Of a stretch of DNA of 64,000 bases, positions 16,069-27,070 are shown piece after piece. Under the pieces are notes generated by a model. It had not been told where the DNA came from. It ran no database searches and saw only the letters and a program-made list of their open reading frames with translations. The number at the start of each line of letters is the position of its first letter. Position 1 is the first letter of the stretch. Position numbers and translations under genes: made by a program. This DNA comes from Bacteroidetes bacterium GWF2_33_38 (GTDB lineage Bacteria; Bacteroidota; Bacteroidia; Bacteroidales; GWF2-33-38), in the NCBI GenBank assembly GCA_001769505.1, contig MEOF01000052.1, positions 13,557 to 77,556 on the forward strand, read 5' to 3'.

Positions 16069-16461
16069 CTAAAGATTTTTGCTGATTGCTTGAGCAATTT
16101 CTTCAAATCTTTCTTTCGAAATCTTTAATTTTGGTCTTTCAAAATTAATATCTCCAACATTATTAATTGGAATAAGATGAATATGAGCATGAGGAACTTC
16201 CAAACCAATTACAGCGGTTCCGATTCTCTTACATGGAATTGCTTTTTCAATTGCAATTGCAATTTTTTTTGAAAATATATTCATTGCCGCTAATTTTTCA
16301 TCGGATAAATCAAAAATATAATCAATCTCGATTTTAGGAACGACCAATGTATGTCCTTCGGCTAATGGAAAAACATCTAAAAATGCGTAAAAATCAGCTG
16401 TTTCCGCAATTTTATATGATGGGATTTCTCCTTTAATTATTTTAGTAAAAATTGATGACAT
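16069..16461 (-). CDS. HIT family hydrolase
   Basis: Histidine triad HAHIHLIP; 130 aa. Confidence 0.9.
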   Translation of the reverse strand: MSSIFTKIIKGEIPSYKIAETADFYAFLDVFPLAEGHTLVVPKIEIDYIFDLSDEKLAAMNIFSKKIAIAIEKAIPCKRIGTAVIGLEVPHAHIHLIPINNVGDINFERPKLKISKERFEEIAQAISKNL

Positions 16462-16934
16462 TATCTCGAAATTTCAACTATTTCAAAACTCATTGTTCCT
16501 GATGGTACGCTGATTTCAACAGAGTCTCCAACAGTTTTCCCAACTAATCCTTTGGCAATTGGAGTATTAATTGAAATTTTTCCAGCTTTTAAATCTGCTT
16601 CACTTTCTGAAACAATCATATATTGCATTTTAGTTCCATTTTTAATATTTTTAATGGTAACTTTTGAAAGTATTTGAACTTTTGAAATATCAACTCTTGA
16701 TTCGTCTAAAATTCTAGAATTCCTGACAACTTCTTCTAGTTTTGAAATTTTAAGTTCCAACATTCCTTGGGCATCTTTCGCAGCATCATACTCAGCATTC
16801 TCTGATAAATCTCCTTTATCGCGTGCTTCTGCAATCATTTTTGAAATATTCGGACGTTCAATATTAATTAATTGATCTAGTTCATCCTTCAATTTCTTCA
16901 TCCCTTCGGGTGTTAAATACGATACATTTGACAT
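16461..16934 (-). CDS. greA: transcription elongation factor GreA
   Basis: 157 aa. N-terminal coiled-coil with DLSENAEYDAAK and a C-terminal FKBP-like domain. Confidence 0.92.
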   Translation of the reverse strand: MSNVSYLTPEGMKKLKDELDQLINIERPNISKMIAEARDKGDLSENAEYDAAKDAQGMLELKISKLEEVVRNSRILDESRVDISKVQILSKVTIKNIKNGTKMQYMIVSESEADLKAGKISINTPIAKGLVGKTVGDSVEISVPSGTMSFEIVEISR

Positions 16935-17061
16935 ACATTAGTAGATTTAAATTAAAACAAAAAAGAATCCCGATTGCTCGAAACTCTTTCTAGGACAAAG
17001 ATAATCGTTTTTTCCTTATTAAAAAAAACTATTTATAAAATTGATGTTCGACTAAAATATT

Positions 17062-17094
17062 GAGACTAAACCTCATTTATTAAGGTTTAATCTC
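17062..17094 (-). terminator. hairpin downstream of the PorV-like gene (putative terminator)
   Basis: gagactaaacc / ggtttaatctc form an 11-bp stem with one mismatch and an 11-nt loop, just after the stop at 17108. The T-run is weak. Confidence 0.35.
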
Positions 17095-17107
17095 ATATTA
17101 ATATGAT

Positions 17108-18217
17108 TTACAAACTAATTCTTGCTCCAATTGAATGGCATCCAGCGAAATTTTCGGTAGCTCTGTAAGAATAATCTAAGGAAAATACTGAACCATTATC
17201 ATTCAACGGAATTTGAACTGAAGCACCTACAGAAGGTCCTGTAAAAGCAACAATTCGAGTTTCTAGTTTATCAACTCCTGTCTCGTAAGAATAACCACCA
17301 CGAATCAATAAAATATTCTTGATATTATATTCTAATCCGAAATGAAATCGATCTTTAGTAAATGAATTCGATGTAAAGGTAGTCGATAATCTTAGCAACT
17401 GATCTGCTTTAACATCTTTTGATGTTGAATCGGCTTTAACAACTGTAGGAATATCATAAGACACTCCCATCTCAAGTGTTGATGGCAACTCACAATCTGC
17501 AGAACGTTGTTCAACAGTCATTCCAACTCCTGATGATTCGGGAGTTCCCCTGAATGAAAGTCCATCTCCTTTATACTTCATGGTTGGACCAACATTCTTC
17601 AACGTAATTCCAAATCTAAAATTATCGGTTTTCTTCTCATCATTTTTATACTTTCCTATGCCAGTAACATATATAATTCCTGCATCTAAAGCTATTCCTG
17701 AAGCTGACAAATCGGAAATCGCCTCATTAACAATTTTCACTGACATTCCTCCGTAAATACTATTTGAGAAAGCATTTGCATAACTCAAGGCAATGGTTGT
17801 ATTTTGAGGGTGAAAATTACCAATACCTCCTTCAGGAAGATCTACGGTTGTAATTTGATTATTACCAAAATCAAGCGATACAACAGACAATGAAAAAGCA
17901 CCTGTTTCGCTAATTTTTTGTGTCAAACCAAAAGCGTTTACATTAATATCCGATCCTTTAAACCAATTTGTTCGAACAAACATTAGTTCTGTTTTATTGG
18001 TAAAAGCCGTACCTGCAACATTTATTTGAACTGCTTCAAGACCTGAAACCGAAGCAACATTTGAACTTCCTAATCCCGAACTTCTAGCCCAAGGATTTAG
18101 AAGAAGTTGTGATGCTCCAGCTTGTCCTGCTCTTTGCTCATTACCAGCATAAATATTTGTAGTAATCAAACAAACAAGAAAACTTACTATGCCTAGACTG
18201 ATTGCTAACTTTTTCAT
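17108..18217 (-). CDS. PorV/PorQ-family-like outer-membrane beta-barrel protein (T9SS-associated)
   Basis: Signal peptide. The N-terminal pattern AGQAGASQLLLNPWARSSGLGSSNVASVSGLEAVQINVAG resembles the PorV/PorQ motif (..F L.i..darsaGmG.a.vA....NPA). The remainder has beta-strand periodicity. Confidence 0.55.
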   Translation of the reverse strand: MKKLAISLGIVSFLVCLITTNIYAGNEQRAGQAGASQLLLNPWARSSGLGSSNVASVSGLEAVQINVAGTAFTNKTELMFVRTNWFKGSDINVNAFGLTQKISETGAFSLSVVSLDFGNNQITTVDLPEGGIGNFHPQNTTIALSYANAFSNSIYGGMSVKIVNEAISDLSASGIALDAGIIYVTGIGKYKNDEKKTDNFRFGITLKNVGPTMKYKGDGLSFRGTPESSGVGMTVEQRSADCELPSTLEMGVSYDIPTVVKADSTSKDVKADQLLRLSTTFTSNSFTKDRFHFGLEYNIKNILLIRGGYSYETGVDKLETRIVAFTGPSVGASVQIPLNDNGSVFSLDYSYRATENFAGCHSIGARISL

Positions 18218-18263
18218 TCGTATATATTTTTATTTTTCTTAATAATTAATAGTGTTAAAAAAA

Positions 18264-21200
18264 TTAGAACGCATTTAAGTCAACTGGACGTAACGCTCCA
18301 AACCATTTTAATACTTTCTCTCCTACACCATCAACTTCGATATGAATAATGTAAACACCTCCAGCAATTGTGATATTGTAAGAGTTTTTCAAATCCCATT
18401 GAATAAATGTATCCGGACTATCTTTATCGTACCTTCGAATTAATGTTCCATTTACAGAATAAATCGAAACTTTACATTTTTGTGGTAAATTGGTAATTCT
18501 TACGAAATTATCAATCTGTGTAAGTTCATATTCATTATAGCCATAGTATGGGTTTGGTACAACATTTATCATTTCCAATGCTTCTTCTAAAATTGACGAA
18601 ACATTTTTTGAAGTTGCAAAAGTTCCTCCGTTTCCATCATCAGTTGTGGAAAAAGAATAATAAGGTATATTTTTATTAACCGCTAAACTGTCGCTATAAT
18701 ATGCTTGAGAACCCATTTTCTTCCTATAAGGCGAACTATTTCGTAATTTAATAGTTACATCTGATGCAAGAAAATCGTATGCAGGATTTGTCATTGGAAC
18801 CGAAACCCACATCGCATTCATAAATACATAATCCGAACTATCGTTTGCAAACATTCTTCTAGCCCATTCGCCTCCATCATACGCAGGCATATCGGTAATT
18901 ATTTTATTCGATTTCGAGCGAGTATTATGTCCTAAGACATAAACAAAATGTTTCCCTCCCATCAATACATCTCCTGCTGAACCACCAGTTGAATAATATA
19001 AATTAGTCGCAGCACGCTCGGTCGGATTCCATTTCATATCTTTACCATTCTCGCTAACTATTTTTGACGATTCTCCAAAAATCATGTTTAATCGCTCTCC
19101 TGTTTCAACATCAATTGCATAACCTGGGAACCAGCCCATTCCTTTTGCAGCAATATAATGAGCATCATTGATATTTGAACTTGAACTATCTGGATAAGTA
19201 TCTCCAAAGGCACAAGCTGTTCCATCCTTGTTAACAGATGGGTCATCTCGTAATTCAAATTTTAACACGTTGCCATCAGAAAAAGTATTTTCATCTGCCG
19301 ACATTTCTACACAAGTAGGGCCAACTGATTGAGTTTCCATTACTGTATCATTGTCGGTTGTTTCAATAACAGGGCATCTCGTCCATAATGATTTATCTGA
19401 TGTTAAAACAATATTCACATTCGATAATTTCTTCTCACGAGATAAAATTTGAGTTAAATTTTTTGCATTTGTAGGTCCGTGGAAATACGTACTCCCTAAT
19501 CTGTATGGAGCCCATGTTCCATCCAAAATTTTCTCATAAACCTCGTTTGGATCCATTGGAGTTAAACCATCTTCAATTGCATACAAAGGAGCATAAATAT
19601 TTCTATCGTTATGTAACCTTGCACAATTATCACTAAAACCAACTTGTCCATCATAATTTTCAACACCAGCTTTAATCCAATCTTGGAAATCGTGCCCATC
19701 GCCATCAGGTAAGAACCATAGCCAAGGTTTGCTTGGGTCTTCGTATTCCATACTTGCATACAAAAATCCTCCGTTATCAGGAATTTCAGCTGAGGCTGCT
19801 GGTTGTTTTGGCCATAATTGCGGTGCAAAAGGATAGGGTACTTGACCTATTTCAATTGACAAACCTAACTCAGATATAATTTGTTCATTTGATAATGATA
19901 TCCATGAGTCCGACGAAATTGTGCCTATAGAAACGTCATTTGTTGCTCCGGCTTTATCAAAAATTTCCCATTTAGCATCGAAAATATAACCATTTACATC
20001 GTAATTTAAACTATCGGTAATCCAATATGAGTTATAGTAATAATGACCATCAACATAATTAATAGAATCAGGAACCATTCTTATTACATATTCTCCAGCA
20101 GGTACATTTAATGGATCAATTACCTTAACTTTAATTGGGCTATATCCTTGTTTATATTTTAACACATCTGCTCTCCAAGGTTCGCCTGACATAATTTCTT
20201 CAATAGATTCGTCATCTAAATCAAGAACATTGTATCCACAACCGTAACCATCGTGCTGTGTAATTGGAAGAAAGTCTCCATATTCCGAGTTTAGTTCACA
20301 TCCTCCAAACATATTATCTGTTTTATGAGGAATTGCTTCAACTGCTGAAATTGACCCACCATCAGCAGTCTTACGACCAGCTTTATAAGGAGTAATTTGA
20401 CCATTTAGGGCATTAGGATCCAACTGGTTATATGTTTTGTAGTTATTATAAGCATAAGCTACCGCAATAAAATAATATTTTTTATTATTTACAATTGCAT
20501 TATCTCCTGTAGCAAAAGCGTCTTCTTTTATTCTAAATGTATGAGAAACTCCTTCATCGCTTCCATTGACCTCTTCAGTGGGTATATTTGCATTTAATTC
20601 TTCCGACCATTCAAAATTAACCAATTGCGTTACACCATCTTTCACATCACATTGAAATACCAATACAGCCTTTGCTGGATCATGAATATCTCCAATTGAA
20701 ACATCTTTGTTAGCTAATTGAAACACTTGATACCCTTGAAATCTAAAATACAAATCACAATCAACTAAAACATAAGTAGTGTCGTAATTGGGTGCAGGAC
20801 CAACAACCATTTCATAATCTAATGGGCATGTAATAAATGGGTCTTTAGCATAATACGATTCTAAATAGTTGTTTGATGTCTTTTTATTCCAAATATGGAA
20901 TATTAATTCTTGATCTAATTCTACCACTGTTAACTCGGGTGCATCTGGTCCATCAAGAACTTTAAAGCAGGCTTCGAATAATTTTTGTGCTTTATTATCG
21001 GCATTTTTTACTTCATTGACTGACGCCCATGCAGTAGTTGTTGCACGTGCCCAAACAACTCCGGTTGTAATATCATTAATCATACCTGGCTCTAAAGTAA
21101 AAGGACCAGCAGATTGAACAAATCGTCTATCCTCAGGTTGATTGTTTTCAGTAAACTCATCCCATGTGGGCATTACAACTCCTCCTTGTCCCCAACCGCA

Positions 21201-22661
21201 AGGATCGGTGTCACTTGGAAACATAAAATCAGTTGTTTGATTGGGACTTGCAAGTCCGGTATTATATCCATTTCCCCCATAATACATTGGGTCGCCCGTT
21301 TTCCATAATCCAATTAATAAATTATAATGTTCAGCTGCTGTATTTGGATCGCCAGTTGTACCACTAATATTACTAAAATAAATATATCGACGCATTCCCC
21401 AACGCTCATTATCAACAATACCGTCTCCAAAGTTTAATCCATTAATATTCCCGTTCATAATGTCTCCGGGACCAGCCAACTCCTTGTCGCCTGTTAATGC
21501 ATTATATCGATATCCATTTTCGCAATCTAAATTATCAGCATCATCCCAACTTGATAAATCATCTTCGCCATCGTTATCTTTGTAGGGACCTTCGAAAAAG
21601 TCAACTCCTATAGCTGGAGGATGAGCTCCATAATGTTGAGTTCCTCCCTCTCCGTCAACTTCATCTCCATTGTATAAAAATCCTAGTCCTCTGTTTACAT
21701 CACAACCAACATAATCATCTGTGGCATCGCCTAAGTCAGCATCCGTCCATACTCCAAAATAGGTATTTTTCAAGGTATAGGTTGACCTATTTATTATCTC
21801 ATAATTATAAAAAGTCATACTATTTAATTCGTCATTGGTTGAAAATGCAAATGCTTGACCATGAAGTTCCATTCCAATAGCATCTCCTCCCGATTCAGTA
21901 TGAATATTTCCTTTATCGTTATAAACCCACCACAACGTTTGGTCTCCGTATAATCTAACTTTTCGTAATTCGCGAGATGTTCCACAAGCTTCAGAACCAT
22001 CTAAATCATAAAAAGGATAATCTCCATCGTAAGGATCGTAATATCCATCTTCATTCACATCAAAGAAAGGAGCTAAATAATAAGGGTAACCATGTGCATA
22101 ATCACCATGAGCTGGCCAATCTAAAATGATTTGAGGAATCGCATAATTTGGAAACAATTCGGCTTTCTCTTCAGCCGTAGCATTCATATAGGCTCTAAAC
22201 TCAGAGACCTGAGCTCTAGAAACTACAAAATGTTTATCGTATTCTCTACAAACCGTATCAGAAACAGAAGCTTGACGTGAACCAGAAGTTACCAATGGAC
22301 CAGGCCAATAGTCAACACCATCTTGTCGGAAACGCATAGCTGCGATTTTCAACTGATTGTTCACATCTAACCCTCCAATCCATATTGAACCAGCAAACAA
22401 GGCTGTCTTACCAGAACCTTTTGGAACCTCGTATTTTGCAGTTCCTTGTAAGTCCCACCACATATCTCCACCTGTATGAATCAACGCTCTTACGTTGTTC
22501 AATTCCAAATAAGTCGAAGCCGTTGCCGGAGTACATCCCGCAGTAACCGATTTTGTTGACTTATTTGTAGTTTCGTATTCTCCCTTGTACTTATCGGCAA
22601 AAGATTTTGCACTGAAAAAACCTAAGGTTGTTGCTAATAAGATTAAGCTAATTATTCTCAT
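18264..22661 (-). CDS. very large secreted protein (1465 aa) with a T9SS-CTD-like C-terminus; function unknown
   Basis: Signal peptide. The C-terminal ~100 aa (VVPNPYYG..VSIYSVNGTLIRRY..GGVYIIHIEV..) resemble a T9SS sorting domain. No catalytic motif was recognised. Confidence 0.5.
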   Translation of the reverse strand: MRIISLILLATTLGFFSAKSFADKYKGEYETTNKSTKSVTAGCTPATASTYLELNNVRALIHTGGDMWWDLQGTAKYEVPKGSGKTALFAGSIWIGGLDVNNQLKIAAMRFRQDGVDYWPGPLVTSGSRQASVSDTVCREYDKHFVVSRAQVSEFRAYMNATAEEKAELFPNYAIPQIILDWPAHGDYAHGYPYYLAPFFDVNEDGYYDPYDGDYPFYDLDGSEACGTSRELRKVRLYGDQTLWWVYNDKGNIHTESGGDAIGMELHGQAFAFSTNDELNSMTFYNYEIINRSTYTLKNTYFGVWTDADLGDATDDYVGCDVNRGLGFLYNGDEVDGEGGTQHYGAHPPAIGVDFFEGPYKDNDGEDDLSSWDDADNLDCENGYRYNALTGDKELAGPGDIMNGNINGLNFGDGIVDNERWGMRRYIYFSNISGTTGDPNTAAEHYNLLIGLWKTGDPMYYGGNGYNTGLASPNQTTDFMFPSDTDPCGWGQGGVVMPTWDEFTENNQPEDRRFVQSAGPFTLEPGMINDITTGVVWARATTTAWASVNEVKNADNKAQKLFEACFKVLDGPDAPELTVVELDQELIFHIWNKKTSNNYLESYYAKDPFITCPLDYEMVVGPAPNYDTTYVLVDCDLYFRFQGYQVFQLANKDVSIGDIHDPAKAVLVFQCDVKDGVTQLVNFEWSEELNANIPTEEVNGSDEGVSHTFRIKEDAFATGDNAIVNNKKYYFIAVAYAYNNYKTYNQLDPNALNGQITPYKAGRKTADGGSISAVEAIPHKTDNMFGGCELNSEYGDFLPITQHDGYGCGYNVLDLDDESIEEIMSGEPWRADVLKYKQGYSPIKVKVIDPLNVPAGEYVIRMVPDSINYVDGHYYYNSYWITDSLNYDVNGYIFDAKWEIFDKAGATNDVSIGTISSDSWISLSNEQIISELGLSIEIGQVPYPFAPQLWPKQPAASAEIPDNGGFLYASMEYEDPSKPWLWFLPDGDGHDFQDWIKAGVENYDGQVGFSDNCARLHNDRNIYAPLYAIEDGLTPMDPNEVYEKILDGTWAPYRLGSTYFHGPTNAKNLTQILSREKKLSNVNIVLTSDKSLWTRCPVIETTDNDTVMETQSVGPTCVEMSADENTFSDGNVLKFELRDDPSVNKDGTACAFGDTYPDSSSSNINDAHYIAAKGMGWFPGYAIDVETGERLNMIFGESSKIVSENGKDMKWNPTERAATNLYYSTGGSAGDVLMGGKHFVYVLGHNTRSKSNKIITDMPAYDGGEWARRMFANDSSDYVFMNAMWVSVPMTNPAYDFLASDVTIKLRNSSPYRKKMGSQAYYSDSLAVNKNIPYYSFSTTDDGNGGTFATSKNVSSILEEALEMINVVPNPYYGYNEYELTQIDNFVRITNLPQKCKVSIYSVNGTLIRRYDKDSPDTFIQWDLKNSYNITIAGGVYIIHIEVDGVGEKVLKWFGALRPVDLNAF

Positions 22662-22696
22662 ATCTTTTTATTTATTTCTTTTATTCAATTAAAAAA

Positions 22697-25600
22697 TTAG
22701 AACGACAATGAAACTCCGAATATAATTCTTCGAGGTAAGGTATAATTATATGGACTATTTACTGCCATAGAATAATAATTTACAAATGCATCAACATCGT
22801 TTTGAGCATTTATTTGATCTTGAAAATCGGCAGAATTCAAATACCCATCATCATCAGGATTACCAGTGGCTCTATATACATTTAGAATGTTTTTGGTATT
22901 TAACAAGTTGGCTACATCTAAATAAACATTTAAATAAATCTCTTTCTTTTCTTCTCCTTCTTTTCCAAATTCTAAGAAAATATCTCGGTCTATTCTCATA
23001 TTAATAGTCGTTCTCCATGGCTTACGTGAACCATTGATTGATCCTTCTAAATAACTATTCGAACCGCTCGACGTTGACCCAACATTATTGAATTGGGTTG
23101 AAGTAATATTTAATTGTCGGCTATATGGAGAGCCGGATCCAACATTAAATACAAAGTTTGCTCCTGTATTTTGAAAAATGTCCATTCCAAACCATTTTGG
23201 TCCGTTATATTCAGCTCCTTCCCCATATCGATAATCAAGGCTTGTAACAATTGCATGTCGTTGGTCATAATCAAACGGAATAGTTGTTCTTAGGTTCGGC
23301 TGATTTGTTTTTGCCAAATTTATACCTGTTTCAGCATTTGAACCAGTTCCATTTGCAAATTGCAAGGTATAACTAGCACGAATGGTAACATTTCCTGTTC
23401 TACGTAAATCATATGAAAGAGTAAACCCTTTAACCGTTCCAAAGTCAATATTTCCGTAAGTCATATAATTAACCGGGTATGCTCCATATATATTAACAAC
23501 TTGTTGCATATCTCTCATTTCACGGTAGAAAGCAGAAAGTTTCAATGCAGATGTATTGTTTAATTTTTGTTGAAAACCTAATTCATAGTCAATTGTTTTC
23601 TCTGGTTTAGCATTTGGGTTATTCAAAACATCTGAGTTCATCGAATTAATGTAGTAATATTGAATTGGATCTAACCTGCCACCATAACTAGGTCGTTTTG
23701 TTAACACGTCGTAATGTGCAGTAAACACAGCCACATCAGAGATTGGAAAAGAAAAACCTACACGAGGTGAAATACTAATTTGTGGTTTATAATCTTCAAA
23801 CGTCTTGTCTGAATCGTAACCAACTTCATTAATTTGAGCATCGTCTTCGTATAGAAGAGGCGTAATTCCAGAAGCTCCCGAAATAACAGTAGGGTCATTA
23901 ATTTCTGTTCCTTCTGCATTGTACCACACAGAACCGTTTCTAAAACCTTTAACTACAGATGGATTATTTGCGTCATCAACATAAACAGCATAGTCTTCAC
24001 CGATATTGCTAGGTAATTCAAAGTCGCTTGCGAAAGCTAATGAATTAAGTTCACCTGCTGTTTGAATTGCACTCAATGAATAAGCATCTTTCAGAACTTT
24101 TTGATTTGCATCATATCTGTCAACGCGAACTCCGACTCTAAAAATTAAATCTTTAAAGGCAAATTTATCTTGAATATAACCAGCCATATAGTTCGGTCTA
24201 AATGCAGGAACTTCTCTTTTAAATCTAGTATTTCCAGCTTTGTCTTCATAAGTTGCATCAAAGAAATCTTGTAATGATGGGTTTCCCGACATTTTATTTC
24301 CGTGATGATCATAACCATAATAAGTTACCAACGAATTTCCACTATTAAATAATTCATCGGCACTAAAATAATCGATTGATAATTCAGAAGGATCGTAAGA
24401 ATCAACATCAATCCACTCTCGACTATCCAAATCAACGCCTAAATAATCTCTAAAATTAATGTCAAATTCAGCTTGACTTTCTTTGTCATACTGTCTGTTG
24501 TAATTAATAGTATCTTTAAATGTACCATCATCAGTGTACATTGCTATTGGGTTTTCAAGATCTAACTGAATAATATGATTATTCATTAACCCACGAGCAA
24601 GAGACCATAATCCAATAGGACTTATACCGTAATAACTGTCTTCTCTTTGTTCAAACTCAAATCCTACTGAGATTTCATGATTTTTAATATCCGCAGCTCC
24701 TTTTGCGGTTACGCGATACTGATTCGCTTCGTACTTAGAATACTCGTTATATTGAACTCCAGGCAAAGTCCATAATGCGTAAACTCTATTATTAGTGAAT
24801 TCTCCGGGTCTTTCTCCATTAAGAATAGCTCCCCCTGCTTGAATTGTATTCAAATTTCGATATTTTTCAATATCATCATACATATCAAAGTACGTTTGAG
24901 TATATTGTCCTGATTCAGGATTTATTTCTGATGGAGTAAAGCGAACAATGGTATCTCTAAAACCGTTCAACACATAACCAGACAAAACCTGACCATTTAC
25001 CGTATCGACGCCAAAACCATACGAGCTAACTCTATCAATTTCGAATGTACCAACATGACCATAATTAAATACATTGTCTTTATGAGTATCGTCTTGAGTA
25101 ACACTTGTTGATCTTGAATAATCGATTTGAATCTGGTAGTACGCATTTTTTAACAAGGATGATTTTGCTTGTTCTTCATCAGGTGTTAAATCAATAAATT
25201 TCTGTGTTAATCGAGCATAAGTTCTCCAGTTCAAATATATATTTTGAGGATTGTTCTGCGAATTGAATAAAGAATTTGAGTAAATAAATTCATGTCTATT
25301 CAAATAATCAACGGTTCCTCCAACAGTTACGTTAAAATTAAGGCTTGGTTGGTACTCAACTTTTGCTGAAAAATTAGCTCTTTTCATACCAATATTTTCT
25401 TTAGCCTTTATATTATAAAAGTCAGCTGTATCTAAATAATCGGCAGATAAAACCGTTCCTTCGCCATAAGCTACCAATGGGTTTTGCGTAATATAATCCA
25501 AGGCATCGTCGTTTGCTTTCCAAACTCCAATTGCAGATGGGTAGTCGTCTTTAACATAACTAAATTCTCCAGCAATCAAAAAACCCATAACTGGATTTTT

Positions 25601-26407
25601 TTTAGTTGAATCTCTTTTGTCTGTAACCGATAATAGAGGTCCAGAAACATTAAATCCAAGTAAGTTATGATCATAAGGATCTAAGAAATGTGAAGATTCT
25701 CCTTCAATAGCACCATAAAATTTCTTCGACGGTCCTTTAGTTACGATACTAATAACACCACCTGTTGCATCTCCATATTCGGCCGGCATACCTCCTGTAA
25801 TTACACTAACTTGTTCAACTGCCGACTTTGGCAAATTTGAAGTACCCCTAACTTTAATTCCATCAATATAAGTAACATTACCTTCGTCACGAGCACCACG
25901 AATACTTCCTACTTCACCATTTTCAGAAAAAACTCCCCCAACAGTTGTTGCAACAGCTTCAGCTGAACGACCAGGCATCTTTGCAATTGCCTCTGATGTT
26001 ACGGTACCTCCTGACTCAGCAGCATCTTTCTTGATAAGTGGCTCAATATAGCCGGTAATTACAACCTCGTCAATTTGTTGAACCGAAGATGTCATTTTAA
26101 AATCTAAGAATGTGATTTTTCCTCCGTTAACCACAACGCCATTTACTTGTTGTGATGAATAACCAACGTATGATACTTTTACATCATATGTTCCAGCAGG
26201 AACGGGTTTAATAACATACTTTCCGTCAAAATCCGTCATCCCTCCCGTTACTGAAGATCCTTTACTTTCAAGCGAAACGTTTGCAAAAGGAACTGACTCC
26301 CCTGTTGCGGGATCTTTAACAATTCCTTGTAGAGTTCCAGACGATTGTGCAAGTATTATTCCTGACGACAATAACGCAAAAACTAATAGAGTTACCTTTC
26401 GTAGCAT
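22697..26407 (-). CDS. TonB-dependent receptor-like outer-membrane protein (1236 aa) with CarboxypepD_reg domain
   Basis: Signal peptide; LQGIVKDPATGESVPFANVSL (CarboxypepD_reg); plug-like GSIRGARDEGNVTYIDGIKVRG..GMPAEYGDATGGVISIVTKG; C-terminal aromatic residue (..SLSF). Confidence 0.75.
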   Translation of the reverse strand: MLRKVTLLVFALLSSGIILAQSSGTLQGIVKDPATGESVPFANVSLESKGSSVTGGMTDFDGKYVIKPVPAGTYDVKVSYVGYSSQQVNGVVVNGGKITFLDFKMTSSVQQIDEVVITGYIEPLIKKDAAESGGTVTSEAIAKMPGRSAEAVATTVGGVFSENGEVGSIRGARDEGNVTYIDGIKVRGTSNLPKSAVEQVSVITGGMPAEYGDATGGVISIVTKGPSKKFYGAIEGESSHFLDPYDHNLLGFNVSGPLLSVTDKRDSTKKNPVMGFLIAGEFSYVKDDYPSAIGVWKANDDALDYITQNPLVAYGEGTVLSADYLDTADFYNIKAKENIGMKRANFSAKVEYQPSLNFNVTVGGTVDYLNRHEFIYSNSLFNSQNNPQNIYLNWRTYARLTQKFIDLTPDEEQAKSSLLKNAYYQIQIDYSRSTSVTQDDTHKDNVFNYGHVGTFEIDRVSSYGFGVDTVNGQVLSGYVLNGFRDTIVRFTPSEINPESGQYTQTYFDMYDDIEKYRNLNTIQAGGAILNGERPGEFTNNRVYALWTLPGVQYNEYSKYEANQYRVTAKGAADIKNHEISVGFEFEQREDSYYGISPIGLWSLARGLMNNHIIQLDLENPIAMYTDDGTFKDTINYNRQYDKESQAEFDINFRDYLGVDLDSREWIDVDSYDPSELSIDYFSADELFNSGNSLVTYYGYDHHGNKMSGNPSLQDFFDATYEDKAGNTRFKREVPAFRPNYMAGYIQDKFAFKDLIFRVGVRVDRYDANQKVLKDAYSLSAIQTAGELNSLAFASDFELPSNIGEDYAVYVDDANNPSVVKGFRNGSVWYNAEGTEINDPTVISGASGITPLLYEDDAQINEVGYDSDKTFEDYKPQISISPRVGFSFPISDVAVFTAHYDVLTKRPSYGGRLDPIQYYYINSMNSDVLNNPNAKPEKTIDYELGFQQKLNNTSALKLSAFYREMRDMQQVVNIYGAYPVNYMTYGNIDFGTVKGFTLSYDLRRTGNVTIRASYTLQFANGTGSNAETGINLAKTNQPNLRTTIPFDYDQRHAIVTSLDYRYGEGAEYNGPKWFGMDIFQNTGANFVFNVGSGSPYSRQLNITSTQFNNVGSTSSGSNSYLEGSINGSRKPWRTTINMRIDRDIFLEFGKEGEEKKEIYLNVYLDVANLLNTKNILNVYRATGNPDDDGYLNSADFQDQINAQNDVDAFVNYYSMAVNSPYNYTLPRRIIFGVSLSF

Positions 26408-26681
26408 AGTTTGTATTTTAATAAATATATTCTTTGGTCAAATTTACAGGTCGTAAATATACGCATTCTTAGAAATAAAAAACAATTTTTTTTGACTAAA
26501 AGCAATTCGTTTTATGCTATTAAGCATTAACTTGTTGAAAGTTTGTAAAGTTTATAAAGTTGAAAGTGAACATGCAATTAGTAATTGTCAATTAACAATT
26601 TTCAAATTACCAAATTAGCAGATTAGTTTATTAGCACATTTTACAAATCTCCAACTTCATTTTCAAATTATCAAATAACTT

Positions 26682-27065
26682 CTATGAATATTTACGATTT
26701 AAAATTTCTGATTTAATGATAGCATCTTTCAAGTCGAAATAGACTTCCTCTTCAGGAGTTTCTTTGACAATTATTTTCGAAATCTTTTTTCGAGGAACAT
26801 AATCATCTGACTCGATTGAAAACGATGCTTCATCAACGATTTGCTCTAGGCTTGCTGTGGAAACTTCTAGGGTATAATCTGCAAATCGTTTTTCTTGTTT
26901 AAATCTTCCTTGTGGCTCAATATTAGGAATTACAGGTTGTTGAACCAAAACTTCTTTTTGATCCTCGATTTTTTGTTTTTTCTTTTTGGCTCCATTAATT
27001 GCACTCACTACAAAAATTATAATGGTAACAATAATGTAAACGATATTATCTGTAAAATTTTCCAT
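26682..27065 (-). CDS. hypothetical membrane-anchored protein
   Basis: Single N-terminal TM helix followed by a K-rich stretch. No family recognised. Confidence 0.35.
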   Translation of the reverse strand: MENFTDNIVYIIVTIIIFVVSAINGAKKKKQKIEDQKEVLVQQPVIPNIEPQGRFKQEKRFADYTLEVSTASLEQIVDEASFSIESDDYVPRKKISKIIVKETPEEEVYFDLKDAIIKSEILNRKYS

Positions 27066-27070
27066 TTTGA

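Noticed and set aside
18264-22661. Possibility that the 1465-aa protein next to the PorV-like gene is the T9SS sortase PorU
   Set aside because: I could not recognise gingipain/C25-type His-Cys catalytic motifs, and the protein is longer than typical PorU. Left as unknown pending a profile search.
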